A stretch of 64,000 bases of DNA from Cetorhinus maximus (taxonomy: Eukaryota). The stretch lies in NCBI RefSeq assembly GCF_964194155.1, contig NC_135886.1:78306001-78370000 (forward strand), given 5' to 3'. Numbering within the stretch: position 1 is the stretch's first letter; every line of letters begins with the position of its first letter. The notes under the pieces are model-generated. The model saw nothing but the letters and a program-made list of their open reading frames with translations, searched no databases and was not told where the DNA came from. Below are positions 24,681 through 38,508 of this stretch, piece after piece. The translations under genes were made by a program, and so were the position numbers.

Positions 24681-25164
24681 GATAATGTGAATTCACAGAT
24701 GACCCAAGATGCAAGTTGTTTCCTTTCCTTTTATTTAATTTGTTCTAGGGAAGTGGCTGAGGCAGTTTTGTTGCGGGTTGCGGATAAGTTGGAAGCATCC
24801 ACAAACCATATCTGCAACACGATGCGACTGGTGTGTCAGGACATCAAACTCCCTGCCAAACATGGTAGTCAAGGAGATTTCCCCAGCAACAAAATCTCAG
24901 GCAGAGATTCTAAGGACAACAGTTGCTGCTATATATTCCCTCAAAAGCAATCTTGCTCATGACTTCACTGGGACTATTCAATCTGTTCCCATGCAGACCA
25001 TTAGCCGACCCAGTGCCCAACGTTAATGGTGATGTTCACGTGAGAAGAATTTTAGGTTGAAGAAGCAAGAACAGAAATGGCGAGATATAATAAAGTCCAA
25101 GCCAATAAAAATGGAAATCTCTTGCGTTTATGAATTATTCTTATACAAACCATTAGTACTCTAA

Positions 25165-26432
25165 GGCCTGAATGTTCGCTGAAGGGCTCCACACCTTAGC
25201 CAAAATGGCGCCTGAGCCCGGTATCCACAAGTTCCGCCCCCGAATCTGGCACCCACCATTTTCGCTGGGTGGGGATGGGGGGGAAATGGGGGTAGCACGC
25301 ATTTTGCCCATCATGATCTACAAAGGCAGCTGTGCATTTAAAAGTGCAGCTGCCTTCACTCAGAAGCACTTTTGGTTATCCAGGTTTCTGAAACATGACT
25401 CATGGGCTTCAGATATTTGAGGGAAAAGTCTAAACTTGGCAGAGTTCTTTGGAGAGGTAAGGTACACTTTGGAAGAGGTCATGTACTCCTTTGGGATTGA
25501 TAAGAGTAGACATGAATGTGTAAAAAGTGGGTACATTCTGTGGAACTGTCAAGTCATTTAAATCACTGCTCTTTAAATTTTGAAACAAGAAAAAAGCCTG
25601 CAGTTGGAACAAAATTGGTGCTTGCAATTTCACTAGCTGTTTGTTGACATAAACCTGAGGGTTATCATTCTAGGATTAGCGCTCCTAAACAGCTTCCACA
25701 ACCTATCTTTATCACCATGGGGGTCACTAAGTTCACAATTTGATTGACAGCTCCAAGAGGTTACTGAAAGATCTGTCTTCGATGTGGCGCTATGAATACT
25801 GATGTTTGCTTTTATAAGGGATTAAGCACTTGAAGGTATTTAAATGAATTGAATGGGCTTTCATGAATCAGTTTTTTTAATATAGTGAATTCTGTAATAG
25901 ATGCTTAGAACTTTATTTTATTTCATCTCAGCATGGCTCCTGAGGTCTACCCATGGTGGATAATGGGTGAGTTGGCATGGAGACAGTTAAGGGCAAAGGG
26001 TAGTGGTTGGGGGGGGGGCTCATAGGTTGGCATGGACTGTCACAGGGGCTATGAAGGGCCTTGGGGATGAGTGGGGGTGCCATACAATGGCTTGAAGGGT
26101 ATGACAAGCCACGGAGGGTGGGCGGGGCGCATGAGGTGGCATGGAAGGTGAGAGTGGGTGTGGCCGGCTTTTTGTTTTACTCTTTATTACAACTGGGACG
26201 TTGTCTCAGGGCACTGAGACGGGCCTTTTAACCAGCCCACCTTAGCACCCAACAGCCTCTGTGGCTACCTTGGCACTGTTTCCGGGGTCAGCAGGCCCAA
26301 ATCACAGCACCAACACACCCTGATCCTGGAACGAAAATCTGGTGGTTCGGGGCAATTTGTCCCGAGTCGGTCTTGCAGAGTCAGGAAATTTCCCAACTCC
26401 GAGTGCCTGACTTAGGAATTAAAATTCAGCCC
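25165..26432. mobile_element. Harbinger-type MITE (~1.27 kb)
   Basis: Termini GGCCTGAATGTT / AAAATTCAGCCC, flanked by TAA/TAG. Internal homology to 35385-36244 (same orientation) and 41128-41900 (reverse). Confidence 0.7.
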
Positions 26433-27699
26433 TAGGTGTGGTCTAACCAAGGTTCGACACAGGTTTAACATAACTTCCCTACTTTTCAATTCTATCCCTC
26501 CAAAAATAAGCCTAGCTTTTGGTTTGCTTTTTTATGGCTTTGCTGATCTGTGGCGCAATTTTTACTGATCGGCGTATTTGTATTCCGAGATCCCTTTGTT
26601 CAACTACCTCACCTCTGACGATGCTGCTCTTCCTTTATCACAAGACGCCCACAGAAAGGCAGCTGTCATTACAAACATACATACCACAATCTGTTTCAAC
26701 TCACCAAGATTATGCAATAATAAAGCAAGGTAATTATGCAAAGCAGTAGGAACAAGCAGCAAAATAGTGACAGGATGAATCACCCTATTCCTGCTTGACC
26801 TAAACACCTACAAAAAAATGATAGTCTACAAGAAAGCGAATATTAATTTGAACCTATTAAAGAAACAAGGCCATGTCAGGAATAGATGTTTAGCACAGAG
26901 TTAACCTATTCCTAACCCAAAGAGTTATTATTGGAAGTATAAACAAACATTTTGATTTAAGTACAGAAGGAGATTCATTCTGCATCATGCATTTTATCTA
27001 ATCTGAGTGTTATCATCAGACCTTGGATAAAAGCAGAAATTTAGAAATGTTTCATTCTCCAGAAAATGAGAACAACCACCTTGAGAAACATACACAAAAA
27101 AATCATGAAGCCATGATTTCAAAGATCTGCCATTTTGAAATTCTCAAAATGCCAGGAACATAAGGGCCAGCTGGTGTTGGTGTTGGAGTTGACCAAAAAC
27201 TGAAGTTTTAAATATGGCTGTGATCTCAAAATCCCAGATTTTGCCTGGTCTTGAAATTGTGGGATAGGTTTTCCTTGCCATGAACGAGGAACAGGCCAGA
27301 GACTATTCTGCTATCTCCTAAAGTCAGCCACCCACTTCCGGTATTTTCTGCCAGAAGTGACAGCCACTGTAGAAGCTACCTGTCCATAATTTTGGTGAGC
27401 ATATTCATACGATAAGTGAGATAAATAATTTCTGTATTTCCTGTCATTAATACCTTAGCTAATACAGCAGTGTGGGCTTTAAAAGCTAAAGGCTTCATCG
27501 CCTTTGTTGTACGTTGCCAAGCAAGAGAGTTGGAAACATTTAAAAGGGCTCCCAACCATGCCACATCACCCAGTTTTCCCTCCCCCACCCAAGGCTCAAC
27601 AACTGGTGGCAGCTGAAAACATTGCCCGGAGCCCAACAAGTTAATGAATTCAAGCCTGGAGGATGCACCAGGATCAGGGCAAAAATAAACAGGCAGGTT

Positions 27700-28160
27700 C
27701 AAGGCCACAAAAAACCAGTAAGGCCACTTGGATCAAGCAGTCTTGTTGGTGTTCATCCTCTGTTTCCATATATCCCTTTATTCCCCTTTCACTGAACTAC
27801 CTATCTAACCTAATCCTTAACATAGGCATGGTTTCTGCTTCAATCACTAACTCAGGTAGTACATTCTGCAGCCTCTCAGCCCTTCTAAGTTTTATACTGC
27901 ACTCTCTAAATTTCTTGCACTTAGCCTTACATCTACGTCACCTTGTTCTAGACCCTGAACCACTGTGAACAGCCTGCTTCTATCTACTCCATCACATCCT
28001 TTCTAAGCTGAAAAGCCTAAACTCCTGCAGTCTTTCCTCAAAACTCTTGCGATTGGTCTCATGATTCTTCTCTCCACTACCTCCACACTAGAATGTCTGC
28101 CTTGTTTCTAGGCACCCAAATATGGATGCAGAATACAAGGTTTGGTGTGACCAAACCTCT
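27700..28160 (-). mobile_element. Highly degraded CR1-like fragment
   Basis: ctgaaaagcctaaactcctgcagtctttcctc...ggcacccaaatatggatgcagaatac resembles a CR1 C-terminal region. Confidence 0.55.
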
Positions 28161-30454
28161 ACCTCTTCTGACTTACACTTGACTGTACTAGTCAGAGGCA
28201 GCACATAGAATGCCTCTAACCTTAGAAGTAATTTGTTTGATTTGTGGTTTCTCAACATACACTTTAGCAGGCCAAAATGGTACTGTACAACAGAATTAAG
28301 GTCTAAAAGATTCACCAATGTACATTGCTAAGAATCATGTGGTATTTTCTGATGGTGTTTTCTCCTTTAAACTAAAACAATCTATCTACTATTTCACATT
28401 TAGTATGTTATACAGAAGGTGATTTTAGACCTCAAAGGCTCAGGTGCAAGATTTAAGTTCAGCTCCTCAGTAAAAGCGCCTTTGCTGCCAATTCTGAAGT
28501 AATACTATTCCCTCTTTCTTTAAGGAACCCATTCTATGGGGAGATATTCACTATGTCACTCTTCCTGCCCATAAACAGTGCTACACTTTAGCAGAAAATG
28601 TGGGTGTGAAAGTCCTTTCATCGCTATAACAACCAGATATAGCTTGTGCAACCTCTCCCCATAACACCACCTCATTTAACTGGCACTGCATGCATCATAG
28701 ATTCCATTTGATGGCCAGCAGACACTGAACTTGAAGAGTTTTGACCAATTATTACAAAACAAACACTTCAGAATGCATCTCACTAAAAGATCACATCTAC
28801 CCTTTACAAGGTACAAGTAGAACAGAAACCAGCAAAATAGAACATTTTATAGGCTTACCTCATTATTTTAGGAAGGTGAAAAATTAGTGAGACATTTGCT
28901 TTCTTGTGATATCATTTACAACAATTGAACATGACTGGTTATTGGGAGAGTGTTCCTAATAGCTGATAATGTAAGTGCACAGTGTAGTACAAAGCCATAC
29001 GACTGGGGAAGGTTCCAGATTCAGTCTCTAATCTGTGCGGCATTAGATTATCTCAGGTGGAGCCATGCTGTAATTTGACCTCAGAAGAGAGGAAGAACCT
29101 ACGCCTTGTTCCTAAATCATATCCAGTTGACCCTGCTGGATTCAAGCCAAATCAATTACAATTTTCACCTTCAAAAAAAGAGGAAACTGGAACACCACAG
29201 CAGGATATTTTGACTGTGTTCACTTTCTGCTCGAGATGCTGCATCTCAGAAACAATGATCTGTCTGGAAACAAAAATCAAGTCATCATAAAATATACAAA
29301 AGTGGCTTATACTTTCTGAGAAAGCTGTTGGAAACATTGGAAGTATAAAGCAAGATATCCACCCACGGAGACTAGGGCTGGACATTCGCAGAGTCGGGGA
29401 TACTCAAGGGACCTTAAAAAATGGCAGATAGAACTCTGATCTGGAAGTCCCAACCCCATTTTCAGCACGCACAATTTCCATTTTTAAAAAATTCTTTCAC
29501 AGGACATGGGCATCGCTGGCTAGGCCAGCATTGTTACTGCCCATCCCTAATTGCCCTCGAGGTGGTGGTGGTGAGCCACCTTCTAGAACTGCTGTAGTCC
29601 ATGTGGTGTAGGTACACCCACAGTGCTGTTAGGGAGGGAGTTCCAGGATTCTGACCCAATGACAGTGAAGGAATGGGGATATGGTTCTAACTTAGGATGG
29701 TCAGTGGCTTGGAGAGGAACTTGCAGCTGGCGGTGTTCCCATGCATCTGCTGCCCTTGTCCTTCTAGGTGGCAGAGGTCACGGGTTTGGTACGTGTTGTC
29801 GAAGGACCCTTTGTGAATTACTGCAGTGCATATTCTAGATGATGCACACTGCTGCCACTGTGCATCAGTGGTGGAGGGATTGGATGTTGAAGGTGACGGA
29901 TCGGATGCCAATTAAATGGGCTGCTTTGTCTTGGAAGGTGCTGTCGAGCTTCTCGAGTGTTGTTGAAGCTGCACTCATCCAGGCAAGTGGGGAGTATTCC
30001 ATCACACTCCTGACTTGTGCTTGTAGATGGTGGACAGGGTTTGAGGAGTCAGGAGGCGAGTTATTCTCTGCAGAACTCCCAGCCTCTGACCTGCTTTTGT
30101 AGCCACAGTATTTATATGGCTGGTCCAGTTCAGCTTCTGGTCAATGGCAAACCCAGAATGTTGGTAGTAGAGGGTTTGGCAATGGTAATGCCATTCAATG
30201 AATGGAATCGTCCTAGATTTGCACTAAGTACGGTAGCAGACGGGTAAAACGATGTTTTATCCGCCGGCTGCAATGACTGCTTCTCACGCCGTATCATCCA
30301 TTAATTATGCATTCCTGGGAAACATGCCGCTTCCATGGTGGACGGGCTCTCATTCACTGTCAACCATCACCTCGCCACTTCATCACAACAGGTGCCATAT
30401 TTAAAGTGCAGCCGCATACCCATCTCTTAGTGCTTCCAGCCCAGGGCTGCTGCA

Positions 30455-32060
30455 AAGAGAATCTGGCCCTGAAAGGCAAAAAGACTGCAGCCCCCAGGTT
30501 CAATGATGCGTCCCTCGAGCGCCTTTTAGATGCTGTGGAGGCCCATTGTGATGTCCTCTATCCCCGCTCTGGCTGCTGGACGGGCAGCAACATCACTAAT
30601 CCGGCTTGGGAGGCAGTGGTGGTGGTGGTCAGCGCCAATGCCCTGCAAAAGAGGACTGAAACCCAGTGCCGCTACGGATGAATGGTTTCATCTGTTCCGT
30701 CAGGGTAAGTCACTCTTCTCATCACTCTCAACTCGCACACTCACAAACCCATCACACATCCACAGGGATCTCACACCTCAGGGGACAACACCACTAACTC
30801 TCACACACATCTTCACATCTCCATCGTATCCTCATCCTGTCCATGGTTCCGCTCATCACACAAACATCCTTTCAGGAAGGAAATCTGCCATCCTCACCTG
30901 GTCTGGCCTACATGTCCCTCCGACCCACAGTAATGTGATTGACTCTTTAAAATGCTCTCTGGGGATGGGCACTAAATGCTGGTCCAGCTAGTGACGCCCA
31001 CATCCCATGAACAAATTTTTTTAAAATTCCACGCAGTGCCATGTGTCCTGCTCACAGAGGATAAGCCTGCTCACATCAGCAGCAAAAGGTCCCTGACCAG
31101 GATAGAGTGGCCCACACTAGGGCCCTCACTCACTTTGAGGAGCATGCCATCACGCTGACTGGCAAGGACATGGACCATGCCTGCGGTGACAGTGAGGTCA
31201 GCAGTGAAGGTGAGGATGACGATGAAGGTGAGGTGAGAATCCTGCACCACATCATCCCTCTCTAAACGCAAATGTGAGTGCTCTGTCTCCTGTTTTTGAC
31301 TCTGCTGCCATGAACTACTTACCTCTACTTTGGTTCACAGGGAGCGCAGCCAAGCGACTGATGCCCTCAGCCAGCCAGTCTCTCAGCTCCATCCAGGAGG
31401 ACACCTCCTCCATTGAAGAGCTGGAAATAAGCAGCCTGGAAGGCCTGTCACAGCGCTTACCCACACCCTGCACCAACGCAGAGATACACACCTCGGTGGG
31501 ACCAAGATCTAGAGCAGGCTCAGGTTCACAATCTGGTACTCGCCGAACAGACATATGTCTGCAGCAGCAGGAGGTTTGTGCGAGCTCCCTGGCACTTGGA
31601 AGACTGCTGGAGACCAGGCATCTGTGAGGTCCGAGTCAGGTGACCAGCCTCTGGATTTGGCCTTCCAACTCATCCTGGAGAGTTAGCAGAAGGCATGGTA
31701 CCATCACGCACGCTGTTGGAAGTCCTCAACAAAGTGGCACACGAGTCGGAGGAGTGCGTCCGCCTGCTCTCTGATGAGGTTGTGCCCTCATACGCATGTA
31801 TGAAGGTCTCCATGGGGAGGATGATGGACGCCATGCAGGCCCTGGTCCAGCAGAACGTGGAGATGCGTGCAGACCTGCACTCCATCGTAGGAGCCAAGGG
31901 TGAGTTCCTGCAGTGGCAACGCGAGGGGAAAATGGGACACCTCGACATCCTTCCAGGTGCTCTTCACCTCAGAGTCAGGCCAGAGCCCTGGGGCAATAGG
32001 TGGAGCAGTAGCTGGACAACCCTGGGTCATCCACTCAGGAATCTCAGAGGCTGTCCGCTC
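30455..32060 (+). pseudogene. Harbinger Myb/SANT-like DNA-binding protein pseudogene (multi-exon)
   Basis: LALKGKKTAAPRFNDASLERLLDAVEAHCDVLYPRSG...NPAWEAVVVVVSANALQKRTETQCR fits the trihelix Myb/SANT pattern. Donor cagg|gtaagt at ~30705; acceptors ctcacag|aggataag at ~31057 and ttcacag|ggagc at ~31340. Stops and frameshifts are present. Confidence 0.78.
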
Positions 32061-32559
32061 CCTCCAAGTCCCCTTTTCCTGTGACCCCCTCAACTTCATC
32101 CTCTGTCATCGCAGAGGGAGCAGCTGGCCAACGAGTGATTCTGGAGGAAGAAGTGAGTGGGTGGAAGGGCCTTTTGAGGCCTCGTGCAAGCACTCTAACA
32201 CACACGCAGATCCTTCACATATCACACTCACCTCAATGCACTGAGCATTTTCAATGCTGTCTGCTGGGGTTCATTTTCAGTTGTCTATCTGAGCTGACCT
32301 GCATCTCCATCCATCCAATAATCACATTCGCATGTAGCAGCTGACCTCGCCCACCACGACTGTCGATTCACTTTCGATTTGGACAGTATGGTCTGGATTC
32401 GCTTTGTCGTCAGCTCCCCAATCATTTCCCCCAGTCACCCATTTCCTTTCCCCCATCACTGTTGATGCCCCTGACATCACCTTCCACCTCCCCTCCGTGA
32501 CCTGCCAGCTACAGCCCTTTTCCTTCAGGGATGTCCAGGTGAATGTGCACGTTCCCTTC

Positions 32560-33370
32560 CTTACCGAAAATCCCACCCCCATCCACATTCACCTCCTGGA
32601 CCTCCTCCTTCCCACCCCCAGGGTCCATGTCTGCCTTTGAGTCCCCACCAACCAATCTCGCTATCCCATCTGCCGCTACCATCGAACCCTCACCCTCTCA
32701 CCCTGCCACTTCACTCTGCCCTCGGTCATTCTCACTATTCCCTCACTCCACTCCCACCCTCAGTTTGCTCCCCAGGAGGCAGTCATGGACTCACCTGAGC
32801 CCTCACTTGCACGTTCACCTGGACATCCCCCCCCACCGGACCCCTTCCCCCTCAAAACCCTTTTGTTCCGCCCCGGACTCCACCCTCTCTTGGTCCTCCC
32901 ACCCACCATGGACTCCACCTCTGCTTAGCCATTCCCCCTTCCTGACTCCTTCAGACACTCTTACTTCTTCCTTCAGCCTTACTTCTTCCTCCCCTGGACT
33001 CCTTCCCCTTTCCGCACTGCTTTCTCCCCACCAACTCCCTCCCCTCTCCGCACTCCTTCCTCCCCACATACTCCTTCCCCACTCTGCACTCTCTCCCCTC
33101 TCCAAACTCCTTCCCTTACACCTTCCACTCCCCCCTTACACCTACTACACCAGTTGTCATCTTTTCCCTTGTTACCCCCAACTCCCCCTGGACTCCCTCC
33201 ACCCCCCCAACCTCCTCCTCCCACGCCCCCAACATATCCATATTCCCCCTCTCCCAACCTCACCCCATCCTGACACCTCTTCCTCTCCCAGCTGATCCTA
33301 GACTTTCCTCTCCCACCCACCGGTACATCTTCCTCTCCAAAACACAGCTGGACCTTCCTCTCCACCCCCT
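32560..33370. repeat. Pyrimidine-rich (C/T) low-complexity tract inside the Harbinger element
   Basis: Direct composition, with repeated ctcccct/ctccgcact units. This explains the Pro/Ser-rich and Gly-rich spurious ORFs. Confidence 0.8.
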
Positions 33371-35109
33371 CAACCATCATCTGCTGAGAGCAGACCCTCA
33401 ACGGTGACTTTCCAACTCCCGTGAGTTGCTTCGCAGCAGAGCCATGTCCATAAGAATCTACCCAGCATGCCATGGGCGTACCTCCAGTGTGCAGTTGGTG
33501 TTGGGCTCCAGCATCTTCTGCTCCTTGGACGTTTGCGATGTGAGCAAGTCCCTGGAGGTAAGTCCCGACTTCTGAATGTCACACTTGTCAAGACGTGTTC
33601 TGCACCGGTGTGGATGGATGACCTAGCGGATGTTGGGGGGAACGAGTCCAGCAGGCTGGCCTTATGACGATATGCAGATGTATTACCATGAGGCTCCCGA
33701 TGTCCGATGGCGGGGAACGCAACCCGCCATCAACAGGCTGAGCAGACGATCGCAAACTGCTTTCTCGCCACATTGCCCACTCACACCGCCAAGCAAGCCC
33801 AAGGCCTGTGGCACAGGCAATTCTGCCCAATGTCAAGGAGAGACAGTTAGATTCTCTCTTGTTGGAGATGGTCATTGCCTGGCACTTGTGTGGCATGAAT
33901 GTTACTTGTCATTTATCATCCCAAGTCTGGATATTGTCCAGATCTTGCTGCACATGGGCACAGACTGCTTCAGTATCTGAAGAGCCGTGAATGGTGCTGA
34001 ACATCGTGCAATCATCAGCCAACATCCCCACTTCTGACCTTATGATGGAAGGAAGGTCATTGATGATGCAGCTGAAGATGGTTAGGTCTGGGTCACTACC
34101 CTGAGGAACTCCTGCAGTGATGTCTTTGAACTGAGACGAATGACCTCCAACAACCACAACCATCTTCCTTTGTGCTAGGTATGACTCCAACCAGTGGAGA
34201 GTCTTCCCCAATTCACATTGACTCCAGTTTTGCTAGGCCTCCTTGATGCCACACTCAGTCAAATGCTGCCTTGATGTCAAGGGTAGTCACTCTCAGCTCA
34301 CTTCAGGAGTTCAGCTCTTTTGTCCATTTTTGGACCAAGGCTGTAATGAGGTCAGGAGCTGAGTAGACCCTGGCAGAACCCAAACTGAGCATCAGTGAGC
34401 AGGTTATTGCTGAGTAAGCACCGCTTGATAGCACTGTTAATGACACTTTCCATCACTTGGCTGATGATCAAGAGTAGACTGATGGGGCAATAATTGGCCA
34501 GGTTGGATTTGTGTACAGGACATACCTGGGCAATTTTCCACATAGCCAGGTAGATGCCAGTATTGTAGCTGTACTGGAACAGCTTGGCTAGGGGCGTGGC
34601 AAGTCCTGGAACACAAGTCTTCAGTACTATTGCCAGAATATTGTCAGGGCCCATAGCCTTTGCACTATCCAGTGCCTTCAGCCGTTTCTTGATATCACGT
34701 GGAGTGAATCAAATTGGTTGAAGACTGGCATCTGTGATGCTGGGGACCTCCGGAGGAGGCCGAGATGGATCATCCACTCAGCACTTCTGGCTGAAGATTG
34801 TTGCAAATGCTTCAGCCTTATCTTTTGCACTGATGTGCTGGGCTCCACCATCATTGAGGATGGGGATATTTGTGGAGCCACCTCCTCCAGTGAGTTGTTT
34901 AATTGTCCACCACGATTCACGACTGGATGTGGCAGGACTGCAGAGCTTAGATCTGATCCATTGGTTGTGGGATCGCTTAGCTCTGTCTATCGCATGCTGC
35001 TTTTGCTATTTGGCATGCAAGTAGTCTTGTGTTCTATTTTCACCAGGATACACCTCATTTTTAGGTAAGCCTGGTGCTGCTCCTGGCATGCCCCCTGCAC
35101 TCTTCATTC

Positions 35110-36244
35110 AGTGGGTAAGGGTAAAGGGGCAGTGCGTGAAGTGCACCAAGGGAAACCCAAATTCAGCTGGGCCATCCAAACTCGGTGCACAGGCCAAGCA
35201 GATCCAATTTTCACTCCAGTAAAGGCCTCAACCCATTGCATGTGCTCTATGACTTTGTGTGGAGACGTTAATGCTTGTAAAGGGCATATAAGGTATGTAG
35301 AACTGTCAAGCTATCAAGATCCCCTGCCCTTTAAACTTTGAAAGAAAAATGCCTGCCTTTGTCAGAGAGTGAAAAAAAAATTGCTCTAGCTGTTTCAATA
35401 GATATTTGTTGACATAACCCAAAGAGCTATCATTATGGCATTATTATTGCATTGCTATTTTCACAACCTGTCATTAGCACTGTTGGGAGGGTGTGGTGGG
35501 GGCAGTTGTAAGTTCAGTTTGGCTGACAGCTCCAAAAGGTTATTAAAGGATTAGCTGTCTTTGATGTGGGGTTATGAATACAAATGTTTGTTCTGATAAG
35601 GGATTAAGCACTTAAGAGGATTCAAGTGCATTGAGTAGGATTTCATGAATGAGGGAATTTTTTTATGTAGTGAAGTCTGTAATAGATACTTAGAACTTTC
35701 TTTTATCTCAGCATGGTTCCTGAGGTCTGCACATGGTGGATACAGGGTGAGTTGGCATGGAGAATGTAAGGGGAAAGGGTGGTGGGTGGGGGTTTGGGCT
35801 GGCATGAGTTGGCACTAAGTTGGCAAAGGGGCTATGAAGGTGGGTGTAGGGACACGGGTTTGCATGGAGGGTATGAGGGGCCATTAGGAGGTATAGAATC
35901 CTGGGTTGACATGGATGGGGAATGGGTGCTAAGGGCTAGAAGGCCTAATATTTAACAAAACAACTGGGCAAGGTCCCAGAGAACCAAGGCAGGCCTTCTA
36001 ACCAGCCTGGCTCAGCACTTGGCAGCCCCTGTGCACACACTGAACTGTTTCTGGGGTCGGTAAGCCTGACTACAGCATGCAACCCAACACCGTCCCCACA
36101 CACACACACACACACCCCCCACCGCCCCCGCCCCCCACCGTAACTAAAATTGCACCTTTTAAGCCACTTTTTCCAGAGTCAGGGGAGCTGAGTTTGGAAA
36201 TTTCCTGACTCTTGATGCCCACCTCTACCATGAAAATCCAGCCC
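35110..36244. mobile_element. Harbinger-type MITE of the 25165-26432 family
   Basis: Shared block gttgacataa...tggctgacagctccaa...tttatctcagcatggttcctgaggtct; terminus AAAATCCAGCCC|TAG. A (CA)n run lies at ~36098-36115. Confidence 0.75.
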
Positions 36245-36324
36245 TAGCAGTTTGGATTCCACCCCTTTTAAATTTAAGCAAAAGGCCCTGTGTCTTGCCC
36301 TGTCCCTGCCCCAGCACACCATCG

Positions 36325-36678
36325 GGGAGGCGGTGGCATAGTGGTATTGTCACTTGACTGGCAATCCGGAATCCCACGGGTAATGCTCTGGGGACTGGAG
36401 ATTGAATCCCACCTCAGCAGATGGTGGAATTTGAATCCAATAAAAATCTGGAATTAAAAGTCTAATGATGAATATGAAACCATTGCTGATTATCTGGTTC
36501 ACTAATGTCCTTTAGGGAAGGAAATCTGCTGTCCTTACCTGGTCTGGCCTACATGTGACTCCAGACCCACAGCAATGTGGTTTACTCTTAAATGCCCGCT
36601 GAACAGGGCAATTAGGGATGGGTAATAAATGCTAGCCGAGCCAGTGACGCCCACATCCCATGAACGAATAAAAAAAAC
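36325..36678 (+). mobile_element. Full-length tRNA-derived SINE with LINE-derived tail
   Basis: A-box-like GGTGGCATAGTGG, B-box-like GATTGAATCCC, central ggaaggaaatctgctgtccttacctggtctggcctacatgtgactcc, tail gggcaattagggatggg-aataaatgct...cccacatcccatgaacgaat(A)n. Confidence 0.8.
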
Positions 36679-38508
36679 CATGGAGGGCAAGTCCCGGGCT
36701 TCCCTGAAAACCTCTGCCCATTATAAAGATAAAGAAATTCTTGTGTCCATATTGTGCTTTGATGACCTCAGGACTTCCCAAAGTGCTTTACAGCCAACAA
36801 AAGACCTTTGAACTGTTCTATGCCCTCTGTAGACCTCAACAGGATTCTTGTCACCCAATAGCTGACTTCAGTCCCACGGAAGCATTCAGAAAAGCCTCTT
36901 GCTTTCACTCGGCCCAGGGAAAATGATTACCTTGATCTCCAAGAACAGAACATTCAATCTTTCTTTGGTAACGTTTTTGTTTGCTCAGAAGTGCCTGGGA
37001 GCACCTCGGCCAGATCATCATTGGCAATCAGGGACAGGAGTCACTGAGATGCCTGTTATGTAAATTACCCTGTCACCAAGATCAAGAGCAGGACCTCCAA
37101 CATTGGGCTTGCACTGGCAAACTGGGCCTGTGTATCTCAGATTAATGTTTTCCTGAAGTTTACAGAATACCAAACAATAACTACTATAGCAGGTGAGTAA
37201 TCAGCAACCTCTCTCTCTCTCAAATACACACACCCCTTTAGTGTTTTTTTTAAAGTTTCTCCGATTGTGGAATTCAGCCTTACATAGTTCTTTGAATAAT
37301 TTTGAAAAATTTTGAGCAGAAACTACCAGATGTTCCATTACTACAAGTGATAGAAAGGTGCTGAAAAATCCTGGGAAGTTAGATGCTTTGCACATGATCG
37401 GAGTGCACAATCCAAAGGCAGAATGACAACTCTGGAAAATGATATTAATTGTAAACCTAAACATTCAGGATTTTAATGAAGGCACCGAAAGGGCACAAAA
37501 CACATTTCAATGAATAACTTAATCATAGAGGACGTAGAAATTTCAGTTACTGAAAAAACTGGCAATCGAAATATTTAGTGGAGCAGGGTATCAGAAATTT
37601 CATAGCACTTTTCATAATTCTGTGCTGTAACCATTCTATGATTTTATGAAATCTTACCCAAAAAACAAACACTGAAAACAGTACGGAGTCACCAACACTA
37701 ACTCTTTTGTGCGACTTTTTCTATTTGTCATCATTCCTTTTCTGTTCTTGCAGCATTAGTAGATATTAAAAGACGGGTAAAACTGTATTAAAGTTATACT
37801 AAAATTACAAACCAATAACACCATTCCTGCATTACAGGCACTGAAGTACATATAAATTTCATCATTTATGAACTTCATTGAGGATGTGAACCATGTAAGG
37901 AATAGGGCTACATCAGTACTATTTTGTCCTGCATCTCACCAGGTCCAACTTCTGAGTTGCCTTGACTGCTCTGGGGTGGTGGGGGTAACCAGTTCTGGAG
38001 ATTGGTAGATTGCACAAGAAAATTTCCAAACTTAGTACAAATATTAACTATGTTTGTTTGTAGAGTTTCAAGCTTTGTGACATGAAGGGCACCGTCATAC
38101 AACTGGTGCTGTGGGCCTCAGATCAATCTCAGCACAGGCTTCTGTTTTCTTTCAATCTGGGTGGTTTGTGCGCGTGTGAGGCCAGGGTGCCACACAAGCA
38201 TAGCATATTCAGATAAGGGACGGATATAGCCAGTGCAGATCAACAACAGGTCATGGATAGGGAACCTGAAAGGGATGAGGGATCTGAGGATGAATATCTA
38301 TTTATATTTGTTTTTTTCTTGAGCATACTGTCCACTTCGCCATCTCACTTCAAGTCGACTTGAATGTCTCTATCCAGGATTTTCAAGGCTTTCACCTCTG
38401 TCAGGGTGTAATTACCTAACTTTATGTCAAGTGGCACGTGCACACGTCTACAGAAGTCTACTTGCATGACATTTGAAGAATAGCCAAACTGTTCCGAGTG
38501 CCCTGATC

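Larger units (their letters stand above)
30200..33828 (+). mobile_element. Harbinger/PIF element carrying a spliced Myb/SANT gene relic
   Basis: 3-bp AAT duplication (30197-30199 and 33829-33831). Right terminus GGCAATTCTGCCC; left terminus degenerate. Contains the Myb/SANT ORF and a SINE tail (~30870-31025) in its first intron. Confidence 0.8.
29485..35110 (-). mobile_element. Second LINE family (CR1/L2 group), split by a Harbinger insertion at 30200-33828
   Basis: RT motifs GPDNILAIVLK, WKIAQVCPVHK, QFGF, AGVPQGS and LADD in ORFs 33909-34654. The sequence atggtaatgccattcAAT | AATgtcaaggagag rejoins across the insert. Confidence 0.88.

Noticed and set aside
32543-33473. 250-aa Pro-rich and 164-aa Gly-rich ORFs
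   Set aside because: Products of a low-complexity C/T tract.
36325-36420. tRNA gene
   Set aside because: Only A/B-box-like motifs of a SINE head; no cloverleaf.
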